From Ginglymostoma cirratum (taxonomy: Eukaryota): a stretch of 64,000 bases of DNA. The stretch's first letter is position 1. Every line of letters begins with the position of its first letter. A program made the translations under genes and the position numbers. The DNA lies in NCBI GenBank assembly GCA_024137785.1, contig JAHRHZ010000023.1:42799939-42863938 (forward strand). Reading direction: 5' to 3'. Positions 1-11,449 of this stretch are shown piece by piece. The notes below the pieces were generated by a model. That model ran no database searches. It worked only from the letters and a program-made list of their open reading frames with translations, and was not told the DNA's origin.

Positions 1-152
1 ACCCTTCATCAGAAATCTGATTTCTGATGAAGGGTCTAGGCCCGAAACGTCAAGCTTTCGTGCTCCTATGATGCTGCTTGGCCTGCTGTATTCATCCAGC
101 CCCACACCTTGCTATCTCGGATTCTCCAGCATCTGCAGTACCTTTTATCTCT
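1..152 (+). mobile_element. Penelope-like element pLTR-derived fold-back fragment with minimal hammerhead core (truncated by window edge)
   Basis: 1-17 is the reverse complement of 19-35. Core CTGATGA(24-30)-agggtctaggccc-GAAA-CGTC(48-51). The tail gatgctgcttggcctgctg...ttatctcggattctccagcatctgcag is shared with copies at 5.9, 27.3 and 40.4 kb. Confidence 0.8.
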
Positions 153-204
153 TATCCATGAGTTTCGAAGGAACTTGGTCGCTCTGGTAGATGGGGTCTC
201 CCAT

Positions 205-466
205 TGCAAACACACACACACACAAATATCCAAGTGCATATAGACACACACACACACACACACACACAGAGGCACAGGACACAAACACACACATTCACTC
301 ACACGCACACAGATGCGTGTGTGGACACTCATGCACAGAGATGCAAACAAAGGTACAGTCATGGACAGATGCACACGCATACAGACATGCATAAACAGGC
401 ACGCACACACATGCAAAGACACACAAACACACATGCACATATACATGTACACACAGACATATGTGC
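205..466. repeat. Degenerate (CA)n-rich low-complexity tract
   Basis: Pure CA run at ~245-268 embedded in CA/CAT-rich sequence. Confidence 0.9.
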
Positions 467-1164
467 ACAATTAGGGAGCTGCCTCCACTATTGCAAGAAA
501 TGCTGATTTCCACGTGAGCCAAATCCTGAAGTGGCACTGACAGCAGTTGTGCACAAACTCCCAATGACCTCATGTTGCAGGGGAGCTTTCACTAGCATCG
601 CAAAGCAGGCTCTCTACAATTTGCGAGCTTCAAAAAGACTTGACAGAATTTCCAAAAAATGGAAGCCATTTTCACTTGTGAACTCAATGCCACTGAACTC
701 AAATGCTCCTCATGTTTTCACAAAAACATTCATCAGTCTTTGGTTTGAAAACTTCCAAATAAACAATTCCAATAATTGTACAGAGTGGGAAGTTACTGAC
801 AGATTAATGGTCATTGTGAAGTGAATTCCATGTTCAAAACGTTGCTGTGCATTCGCTATTGTTAAATGTCACAGAGAGAGATAATCTGTATCCTATCAGC
901 ATTCCTCATTCATCCTATTTATACTCTCCAGCTGCTGGCGGGAGCAGATAACGTAATATGACACGCCTGTTCTGACAAGGTTTCCACAATGCACAGTGCC
1001 CAGTTGTGATTTTCCTGCTGTGAAACGGCATGAATTCACTCAGCAAGTGATTACCATCAAGTGCCCATTCCCAACCGGGCTCCAACCAACAATGCAATGA
1101 CCAAAGACTGGGTGACAAGGAGCGACCAATTCAAACACACGAAACACGATGTGCCCGTTTGAAG

Positions 1165-1578
1165 TGGCAGGTTTGGACAGGAGCCTCACCTCTGATTCAG
1201 AAAGCTGAGGGTTTAAGTTCCACTCCAAAGACCTGTGTACAAAATCCAAGCTGACACCCCAGTGCAGTATTGAAGGAGTGCTACTCTGCCTGTCGCTAAA
1301 GTGAGGCATTGAAACCGATGCTTTCGCTGCCCCCTCAGAAAGATCAAAGGATTCAAGACAGAACTGTGTCCCAACCCATATCTAGTCCTTAAGCAACATC
1401 AGGGGCACAGGTTACCTGATCACACGACTGTTGGCAAGAGTTTGGTGGAAGCTAATTGGCTGTCATGTTTCCTCTATTACACCAATAGCTGCACTTCAAA
1501 AGTTACTTAATTGGCTGTAAAGCACTTTGGAATGCCCTGAGGTTCAGAAAGGTGCTATACAAATACAAGTCTTTGCTT
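1165..1578 (+). mobile_element. DeuSINE (SacSINE1-like) decayed copy
   Basis: tRNA-like head ctcacctctgattcagaaagctgagggtttaagttccactcc, then ccagtgcagtattgaaggagtgct. L2-type tail acttcaaaagttacttaattggctgtaaagcactttgg...gctatacaaatacaagtcttt. Confidence 0.65.
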
Positions 1579-2529
1579 CATATTCTTAAACATGAAACTG
1601 GAAAGGAATCAGTGGAACAAAAGGGCAGCAATAAAAGTGAGCAATCCAGCAGCAGACTATTCATCCGACACTCTCTATATATATAAACAAGCCTTACCTC
1701 TTCTGGATTCCTGTCCACAGCATATATGAAAATACTACAGGATTTCTGCAACTTTTCATACCACATCATAAAATGCTTTTATTAAAAGGAACTTAAAAAG
1801 GGAGGTTAATGTAAAAGGATATCTAAAAACATAAGTTCCAAACGGTAATTCAACTGACAGATAGGGGGAGAAGAAATAACAACTGCTGTAAGTCAGGATT
1901 AAATAACAAAAATCCGATAAAGGGGCCCTTTGTGCTTCTGCAGCAGCTCTGCCATCTTGAACCTGTGCCAGCTTCAGATAGTGCAGCTGTATCCTTGCAA
2001 CTCTGCTCAGCCCTAGCCTGTCTCATTGACCGCGGCTGGTGTAGAGCAAGACATTGTTGTGTCTCGTCCCTGTCCCCGGAGTCTTTATGGGAGCAGACAC
2101 ATGCAGGATGGACAACAAGTCAAAAAAAATAACGAATGAGAAACATTCCCTCCGGGGAGGCATTGGGAAGTGTAATAAGAATAATCCCTCCAGTGTACAT
2201 ATCGTAGCTTTTTCAAACTGTTTGTCTTGGATCACTTAAACATAATAACACTTGTAGATCTTTGGGTAACAGAATTAATGAGAGCACTTTTCGTTTAGCA
2301 CAACACTTTTCCAAGGCAGTGAAAGGGCCTGATTGTTACTTTTAAGGAAAAAAAAATTTGTTACTTTAGACTGAGGTCATTGTTGTGCTGGTCACTCTAC
2401 AATCCCTACAAGACATTACATCAACTCAACTAATTTGTGACACTTACTTCTACAAAGTCACTTCCTTTTATGTAAAGTGTGATGAGCTGATATTCTATAA
2501 CATTACTCGAGATGAATGACAGTCAGAGC

Positions 2530-2860
2530 TTATAGTTATACGACATTTAAGCACGGCGCTTCCCAACAAATGAGGCCTTTCTAAAGCACACTCAATCTTC
2601 TGCACAGAAAGATGCCACAAGAGGAAGGACGATAAATGACTTGGGGATGCTGGTCGAGCAAGAGCGCTTGGCCTGGGCTCCTGATGCCCTTTCTCTCTTC
2701 AAAAGGGCAACCCAAGCTGATATCAAGCCTTGGGTTTAAAGTCTCATTTGAAAAATAACCTCTCCAACAGTGCATGGCTCCCTCAGGACTAGATAACTAC
2801 TATACTTTGTGCCTAAGTCTTGAAGAAGGGACCTTTCTCCATCAATGCCTGATTCAGGCC
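2530..2860 (-). mobile_element. Highly decayed DeuSINE-like fragment
   Basis: Patchy similarity to the other DeuSINE copies (gggtttaaagtctcatttgaaa...cctctccaacagtgca...ctccctcaggact). Confidence 0.4.
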
Positions 2861-3201
2861 AATTGTAATATGAAGGTTACATAATAGGGGCATTGTCAAC
2901 TGAATGAGGTGGGATATGTGTCATGTTGAGGTGTCACATTTAGAAAAGCTACATAATATAAAAAAGAACCATTAGTCCATTAATATCGTGATATCAGCCA
3001 GAAAATCTACAGGAAGCATTTGTGCCCTTGAGAAGCTTGTGGTGGGTCTTCTATTGGGGTTTGCCAATGGCCTGGCCCCCTGACTCAGTTATGTCTATGC
3101 TGTACCCACATGGCTGAGCCAAACATCCAGGGGCACTGTTTCTCGGGAAAGTGCTGAAACCAGGCATTGAGAACCCCCTGTTATGGTTCTGGCCAACTCA
3201 C

Positions 3202-3292
3202 CTCAACAGCTTCTCCTGCTCACGGGCGATGAGACGCTCCTCGCGATGGCGATGGCGATCATCACTTCGCTCTTCGTCGGTGCGCCCAGGTC
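3202..3292 (-). CDS. TNRC18: TNRC18 coding exon (91 nt, phase 1-2)
   Basis: Not in the ORF track. Acceptor tctttcttgctttcag|, donor TTGAG|gtgagt. Translates GPGRTDEERSDDRHRHREERLIAREQEKLL(R), similar to recalled human GHGRADEDCVDDRARHREERLLGARLDRDQEKLLR. Frame continues from the large exon. Confidence 0.93.
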
Positions 3293-4079
3293 CTGAAAGC
3301 AAGAAAGACGCCAAACGTTGGACTTCAAAAGAATGCCATAATCTCAGTGACATGCGGCAGACATTTTCAAACATCCTCCAGATATGTTGGAAAAGAACTT
3401 TATATAATGCTAATTGAAATCTAATTCCTCCAATTTAAATTGACGATAGGCACATCATACCCTCTCACAAACCTCTTGGGTCTTAAAGCTCAGCCAAATT
3501 CACAGCTACCACAGAGCACTCTTTGTACGTGACTCTCATCAAAGGGCAGTGCCAGTCCTGAACTTTGTGCCCAGTGTACCAAGACAGCAGTGAAAATAAG
3601 CAGATTCCACTTGAAGATCCAGTTACCCAAGTGATCAACACTACATTACTGTTAAATCCCAGTAACATACCAGGACACCATCAAAAGCAGGTCCACCCAA
3701 GAATCTCTGACGTCTCCTAATTAAACCAATTTAAATAAATAAATGTGTAGTGAAACATTTGTACGTCATCTTAAATGTCATAAACCACAATGCAGAATCA
3801 TAGAACAGTGCAGCACTGTAATAGGCTCAGTGTGAAATACCTGCACTGTCCCATTCACCTCTTCACTCCCTTGTGCCTTTTGATATTTCTTTCTCTAGCT
3901 CCGATCTGATTCCTTTTAAATACCACAACCACAGGATGGTTAGAGCACAGACCACAGCTCATTCAGCCGCCATTGTGACTATGCCTACTCTCCGTAAGGG
4001 CATATCAGCTAATCCCACTCTAATGCCTTTACCCATTGTGCTGCAAATTTATTCCGTTCACATAATGATACAATTTGAT

Positions 4080-4425
4080 TGAGAGAGGTGCTCCAACTGA
4101 TGAGAAGCCTGGACAGTGTAGATAGGGAGAAACTGTTCCCATTGGTGGAAGGATAAAGAACTAGAGGACACAGATTTAAGGCAGTTGGTAAAAGGAAGCA
4201 ATGTCAACACAAGCGAAAGCATTTTTCACGTATACAGTGGTTGACAGTTGGAATGTGCTGCATGAGAGTGCAGTGGAAGCAAGTTCAATCGAGACTTTTG
4301 AGAAGGATTTGGATTATACCCTGGAAAGGGAAGAGGGCCATAGGGAGAATGTGGACAATGGCATTTGGTGAATTGATCCCTTGGAGGGGAAGGACAATAA
4401 CAGTGGGTGAATGGTCTTCTTCAGT
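4080..4425 (+). mobile_element. CR1 LINE 3' fragment
   Basis: Remnant LDSVDREKLFPLVEG..RTRGHRFK...WNVLHESAVEASSI, followed by a CR1-type 3'UTR. Confidence 0.7.
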
Positions 4426-5870
4426 GCTGTGGCCATTCTATAGCCGTGGTTTCCTGCTCTGTGCACTGTGGAGGGACAGGGTGACCTCAGGGGAGACCAA
4501 CCGCCCATCTTCATCAGCGAGAGAGTTCACTGGATCGAGAAGCAATCAGATGCTTAAGTGACGCCCAGACAGCTTTTCATCCAATAAGGAGCTGCGGCAT
4601 CAAACCTCCACTCTGCTGGCCAATCTAAGGCTGGCAGTCTCAGGGAGATTGAGGGGCATCGATGAAGGCTCAATCTGAGGAGCCATGAAGACCTGCACTG
4701 CTGAGCTAGTAAGGATGGGTTAGGAAGAAGGGCATCTTAGGTGTTGGAGGCAAATATAGAGAGGATGGCTTTCAGTGGCCATATTGGGGCAAATGGAGAC
4801 CTTTCCCCCCCTCCACCACCCCACCCACTCACCAAGCCAGCAGGCAGTTACCACAATGCCCAGGTTTGGGAAAACAGTCAATATTCCAACCTTCTGAGAA
4901 GGCCATTGGTGGATTGAGGCCTTTAACTAGTCGATAATTTTGGGTCCTTATTGCCAGCAGGTTAAGGAGGTCTTTGAACTCAATCGCTGAAAAGATGCAG
5001 CATGACTATCCGTCCAGAGCCAACCTTCTCAATTATTTGCCGTTCTCGCCACCTTCAGGGTCAGAAAAATCATGCCCCTCCATTCTATGAAGTCCCCTTT
5101 TGAAAGCTATGGTAAAAATAATTTTGCTTCACGTTTAACATACCTTTGAGGAGTATTCATAGACTCTGCCTGACCAATGGCTGGGCAGAGCGTTTGACAT
5201 TCCTAGCATCCCATGTGTAAGGCCTGTTTTCCCTTAAGTTCGCCAACAATTCTTTTATTAATGTCTTAAACTTGTGCCCAGGTGTCACAGAATCAATGCC
5301 TGGTGGAAAATAATCTGCGGCAGTTTAGTTTCTCACTAAACTCTCCTAAGTCTTGAGAAACTTCTCGAATACCTCCACAGAGGGCTACAGGTCTCCCGTC
5401 ATGTGCTCCCTTTTTTGAGGCAAACATTTCCTTGTACGTCAGCCTTTTTGCCAATCGCTGCTAGTTACAAAACAGAAGCCTCTTGGCTTCAATGCCCACT
5501 GGGCATCTGCCCTTTGAGACACATCTCTCACCCATTATTTTTACGCAGCCACTCAGAATCGGTCTGCTTTCTACCAAAACCATTGAGAGATTTCTCACTG
5601 CACCCTATGCTGCTTGTGTCTTTTATCATTTATGATTCAATTTAATCTGAATTTGAATCATAAAAATCCACTGCCCGCCCCTGCAGGTATTCATGTAAGT
5701 TGTTATGTTAGGAAGCCACAGTGGTGCATATTCGGCCTCAGAGAGGAGTATCCAAGGTATGTTGAGAAGGGTCTTTATTTGGTAGGGGGCACCTTTCACA
5801 CAGGCTGGTCTGCTCACCTCTCTATGTTGGCTATGTCCTCCCTGCAGGCTGGGAGAGGGTTAAATTGGCT

Positions 5871-6071
5871 GAGATAACAAGATGTACAGCTGGATGAACA
5901 CAGCAGGCCAAGCAGCATCAGAGGAGCAGGAAGGCTGACCCTTTCTGAAGAAGGGTCTAGGCCCGAAACACCAGCCTTCCTGCTCCTCTGATGCCGCTTG
6001 GCTTGCTGTGTTCATCCAGCTCTACACCTTGTTATCTCAGATTCTCCAGCATCTGCAGTTCCTACTATCCC
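5871..6071 (+). mobile_element. Penelope-derived short fold-back element with target-site duplication
   Basis: The left arm (~5871-5938) is an inverted copy of ~5972-6038. Flanking direct repeat ttaaattggctgag at 5860-5873 and 6072-6085. Decayed hammerhead core CTGAAGA...GAAACACC. Confidence 0.85.
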
Positions 6072-7214
6072 TTAAATTGGCTGAGGCTGGGATTACTGCT
6101 GCTCAATAGGAAGAAGTCCTGCTGTCAAGAGCTATGAGCCAAAATGTGGCCAGCATATTAGTCTAACCAACAGATTAGTTGAGAAGACTCACTGATCTCC
6201 ACTGATTTATTGCATGTGGCGAATGTTGGAGGGGGTGGGGGGTGTTGGTGGCTGCCAATTTCGGCATAACAGGGTGAGCAGGGCACCTCACATATTTTAC
6301 AATACCCGTGCTGAAAATATGCCTGGCCACTATATGTATGTACAATCGAACCCAGTGTTTCTGATATGGCCACCCCTTATACTGCGTCCCTCACGTCCAC
6401 CACAGCCTTACTGCTTTTAGTCACAAAACAGTCCGCTGGGATGAAGTTATTTTGAGTGACCAACAACTTCCCTTATCCCTTCTTGTTAGGATGCATGAAC
6501 TCCAGTTTGTGCATGGGTCTGCTCTGATATCCTGCCAATCAGATCTTAGCCGAGACAAGGTGAAAAAAAGCAGGGGATTTTTATACACATGGTTAGGGTG
6601 CAGTGACGGAGCTAAACATGACCCTGTCCTCAGTCGGTGTCAGATTACCAACAGGGGCTAACTGATTCCGAACAGGACAGAAGACGCTTGACCCAGCCTC
6701 ACACATCTCACTCATAGCTGCATTATGACTGACTGTAAGTTCAGGGCAAATCCCATGCCTCCAGTCAGCTCACTCTCCATCAACATCACAGGCTGAACCG
6801 AACACATTTCTGCTCTGACTGGCTCAGAGCTGCCTTTGTCCATGATCTCTGTGCAGATGGACCTAGATGCCATCCCAAATTACATTATTCATTAAAAAGC
6901 TTTTCTTTTGAACCACTGTACAGAGACTAACTCTCCACATGCTACCACACTGGCTTCGATTCCTCTGTATAATTGGGTATCTGCTCCCTCTAGATGACTG
7001 AATCCACTGAATATAAATAACATATGTCACAGCACAGAAGAAAAATTTTCCGTAACTATTTCTGAACCTCCCCAATCTCTCACAATCTCCTGCTAACCTC
7101 ACATCTTTCTCTTTACCTAGTCACCCTCAGTTTAACTCACTCTATGGCCATAGGGGCTGTACTCAAACTCTTCAATCCATTTTAGTCTTACAGTATTGTA
7201 GGCAATACAGCGAA

Positions 7215-7700
7215 GGTTCCCTGAATGAGTCCCTGTGATGAGGCAGCTCTCTGGTGAAGAGAGCTTGAATAAACTGGGTCTATATTTCCCCACAGTTTCC
7301 AAGGATGACAGGGGATCTCATTGACACCCACAAGCTTCTGAAAGGGCTTGATAGGCGTGAGAGGGTTGTCTCTGGTGGTCAGGAAATGTAAAACACAGGC
7401 ATGAGGTGGCAGGATAAAGGAACAATCATTTAGGATGGAGATGAGGGGAAATTGCTTCACTCAAAGGGCTGTGAATCTTCGGAATTCTCCATCTCTGAAA
7501 GTTGTGGGCACTCCTTCGTGAACTACTTAAGAATGAGTCGGACAGATTTTTGGTCTCTCAGGGAATCAAGAGAAAGGGGAATCAAGCGAGAAAGTGGAGT
7601 TGAAACTGGAGTCCAGTTGTGGTTGTATTGAGTGTTGGGGCAGGCTTGACGTGTTATAAGTCGACTCTGATTGACTGCGTTCACCCTTCTCATACCTTCT
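7215..7700 (+). mobile_element. CR1 LINE 3' fragment, apparently nested in an older L2 remnant (~6880-7170 and ~7710-7905)
   Basis: Remnant LNKLGLY...GDLIDTHKLLKGLDR...MRGNCFTQRAVNLRNS. L2-type tail gctatataaatgcaagttggtggt near 7880-7900. Confidence 0.65.
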
Positions 7701-10619
7701 GTACTGCCAAGGACTGGCCCACCGCACGCAATCTCTTTCACTTCAGTAGACACCTTTCACTAGTTATCCTTCCACCCTGCTAATCTCCATTCTATGCCAT
7801 ATCCCTGCTCCTCTTTGAAGGCCTCCTTCAAACCTACTGCTCCAACCACACGTGAATGAATCACTGCATTAGAAGTAGCTATATAAATGCAAGTTGGTGG
7901 TATTGTTAAAATGTCAGTTTGGTTTTGCACTGACTGCTACATTAATAATTCCATCTGTGCTGGGCCCTGTAATATTTCAGATTGTTAATTCAACTCTGAA
8001 GAGTCTTCTTTAATGATGCTAAATTAGGTTTTGATGGATAGGTTGACACTTGGATGGAATTAATGTTGAGAACTACTTCAGGGTTAATCAGTTGGTTGCC
8101 GTAGCATTATTTCAGTGGGTCAGAGGTAACACAAGGTGCAGAAAAGACATGGAAATGTTCCATGAAAAATAAAAACCTGGGACCAGCCAGGGAAAGAAAA
8201 ATATTTCTGCTGCTTAGGCGCAACAGCAGTTCAAATAAACTCCAAGTTGATGTTTCAGAGAGCCTGAAAAATAATTAAGGTGCCTAAGAGTCTCTCCTGT
8301 TTTCCTTTGAAAGAAAGGCTGATTTCTACAGTCTCTGTGTGATTTAACTGAACCAAACCTCTGCACCATAACAGTTTTGTTTACCCATAAATGTGCAATG
8401 GATAGGAAAACACAGAAAAAATATCAGGAGAATTTCTCCCACGTTTGATGTACACCCCACTATCAGGGTGGAACGTGGCTCTGCACTGTGTGGGAAACAG
8501 TCACTCATTGTAATCCACCCCACCCCGGTGTCCACACCAGACAGCAGCTAATTAAGGATGTCAGGGTGGGGGGGCTCTCGAAGCTGGAGGCCATACCGTT
8601 GCTAAAATGGCCTGGGGCAGCCTGGAGCCAGGGAATTGGTGCACAGGAGAGCTGCGCTATTTTTAGGGCCTGCCCGTCTCAGCTTCCAGGCCAGGACGAG
8701 CCTAAACATTAAGTCCCACATGTTTGCGAGACCACCCAGATCCACAACAAACTACACTAGCTTTTGATTACCTTGGGAGGTCAGAGAGGAATTTACCAGA
8801 ATGTTACTGCCCTCGGTATTGGTCCCCAGTTTCTGTAGCCTCTCTCCTGAGGGATTCCATGCTTTGCAGGGGCCAGGAAAGGCATTGTCGCAATGGTCTC
8901 TTGCTGTCACAAACAGGACCAACCAAGCTAATCTCTTCTAGCCCCTCATTTTGTGCACTTTCATGTACTGTGCTTGTTGCTACTTTCTGTTCCTTGCTTT
9001 GTGACTATAGGAGCAGGGAAGGATGTACCATATTTCACTTACTTTGGTCATTCTCCATTCCAGTACTGTTAATGGCACCCTGCTTTCACTGAAGACCAAC
9101 CCTCGAAGTGCTGCATTTGAAAGTTCAATTTGTGTATAACTCATTTATTCAGTCAAAGTGAATGGTCACTGAGCTCCAGAACGTCAACGGCAAAAATGTG
9201 TGTTTAGGCCTTTGGAGTGGTTTGATTTAATGGATAATATTTTGTGGTTGTGAGAGCAATAACTGAAGTTACGCAACTAACAGAAGCCCCACTTCATCAA
9301 CTTCATAATTTTGCCTTCTTGTAATGGAATAATGAGAATGTTAACGGTGTAGATATTAAAGCAGTCATAGCATTTATTAAAATAATCCATTTTAATTTCC
9401 CTCTTCCCTCCCCTCTACAGGTGGTTGCAGAATGAGATAATTCTATAACATACTGAAAGCTGCTGTTGTTATCCATGAATAGAAGCCTTGTCTTATAGGA
9501 AAGTAGGGAAAAGAGTATGTAGAGGCTATTTACCTACCATGCTCAGTGGAAAGGCTTAGGGCTGTGTCTAGGCAACCATGGCTTTCATATTAGCATTTCA
9601 CTCATACAATACTGCAGATTTGTCATCTAAACTGTGCTTTTACTTTCCTTTAAAGCTCACTAAGTCCAGAACCTTCCCTTATCACTAACGGGCTAAGAAT
9701 ATCACCAGGCTCTCCATTGCGCAGGATAAAACAAAATTAATACTTTTCCTCCGAAGGCTTGTCTTGTCGCCTGGCAACAGCCTGGAAGGCCGATTAGAAT
9801 TCCGTTCTTGTTTGCAGCTTTTAGTTCTGCTCAGTAAATTACATTTAATGTTAGCTGCCTGTATCCTCATCATTGAAATGCTTTACAAACAGCTCCCTGT
9901 GTTGCCATTGCCTACTGTGGACTGTTGGACCTTGGCAACAGCCAGAGAAACTACTTCACAGACAAAGATTTCAACGACAGACCACATGATGTCTAGCCTA
10001 AAGAATTTTTATACAAGGACACGCAAAAGAGAGGGAAGTGTTCTCTTTTATTCTCTCCCACTGTGTCACCAATCAATTTGTACATTAAAAACACATCATA
10101 TTGTTGATGATAGACAGGAGCGGGTCACGTGACTGGCGCACAGACACACTGGGTTGAATGGTGCAGCGTTGCTTTATTCTTTTTTCCTCAGCCCATAAGT
10201 GAAAGAGAAAAGGGAACTCCTATAGCTCAGCACAAACAGAAAGCTACACTCCGGCCGGCTAATGAGTTCAAGGTAAACATCAAAAACACATTTTACTACA
10301 ACTGAACAAGCAGCCATTTCAGTGTACAATGTACATGGCCTCTTTTGAGTTTTATACGTACCATTATACAGAGCATTATGATTTTATTAAAGAGGCTTCA
10401 ATAAATAGAGAAATTTAAAGGTGATCCAGTTGCTTCTGCCTCGGGTAAAGCAACGTCATCCTGCAGCTCAAGATCTTACTTTATATTTTCTGCAAGATTG
10501 AGGTGACAATGTCATTCCTGCTCATATACACATCACAAACCTGGCTGCTCTAGGGTGGGCGACTGAAACGATTACAAACTGAAAACTGAGGCCCACTTTT
10601 GGTAATCAATTCTGTCAGT

Positions 10620-10961
10620 TCCAATGTCACATTATCTCCTGTCTGCTCTAAGGAGAACAAACCCAGCTTTTCCGACCTCACCTTGCAGTCAAATGCCCCC
10701 CATTCCTGGTGGATATCAACTTCACAGTTTGTTGCCACTGGCACATCTTGAAACTTTATGCTGTATTCCAATATATGAATAATCTTTATTCACGAAAGCG
10801 CTGATCCCTGGGAGACTCCAGACCTCCAGGCGCAGAAGCACCCATTTACCACAGCTTGCTGCTTTCTGATGATATTTTATCCAAGGTAACACTGATCTTC
10901 CTACTCCATGAGCCTGAATTTTGTTAACCAGCCTTTTAAGTGGCGACCTGTTAAAAATCAC
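10620..10961 (-). mobile_element. CR1 LINE RT fragment (internally deleted)
   Basis: Remnants FNRSPLKRLVNKIQAHGVGRSVLPWI and EKLGLFSLEQ. Confidence 0.65.
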
Positions 10962-11449
10962 TCAATGATGTATAAAAATATCACCTAGACCTCAAGTAAT
11001 TCACTGGTGTCAGTTTATTGATGCTCTGCCTAATCTATATCATTGTTATCTCACCACATGATCTCCAGGTTTGACTCTGGACCCCTTCCATTTTCCTATC
11101 AGGTTTTTACGTATCAGAATTCTAATGTAACCAGGTTTCTGTAACTTGAGCTTTCCTCCATTCCCTTCCCGGGTGGGTTTGGGCTGCCATTTTGGATCTC
11201 AGCCCGTCAATCTATTTCCACTTCTCTCTTTGGCTCTCCTGGGCCATTGCAGTACTTCCTTCCACTTCTTTGGTTTCCGTTACCCTGCCTTTCCACTATG
11301 TGACTTCAACCCTTCAGGACTTGATCTTGCTCTCCTGCCACCGAGCCAGGCTAAACGTCATTAGGTAAGCCCACAGCCTCCCTCTGTGCCCCTCTCAGCA
11401 TTCTAGTTCATTACAAGCAGCAATCCTAGTTGTCTCATCCCACTGACCT

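Noticed and set aside
1692-1715. Strong minus donor GAG|gtaagg as the next TNRC18 exon
   Set aside because: No good acceptor and no match to the expected ESKELADLARLH segment. The next exon is probably outside the window.
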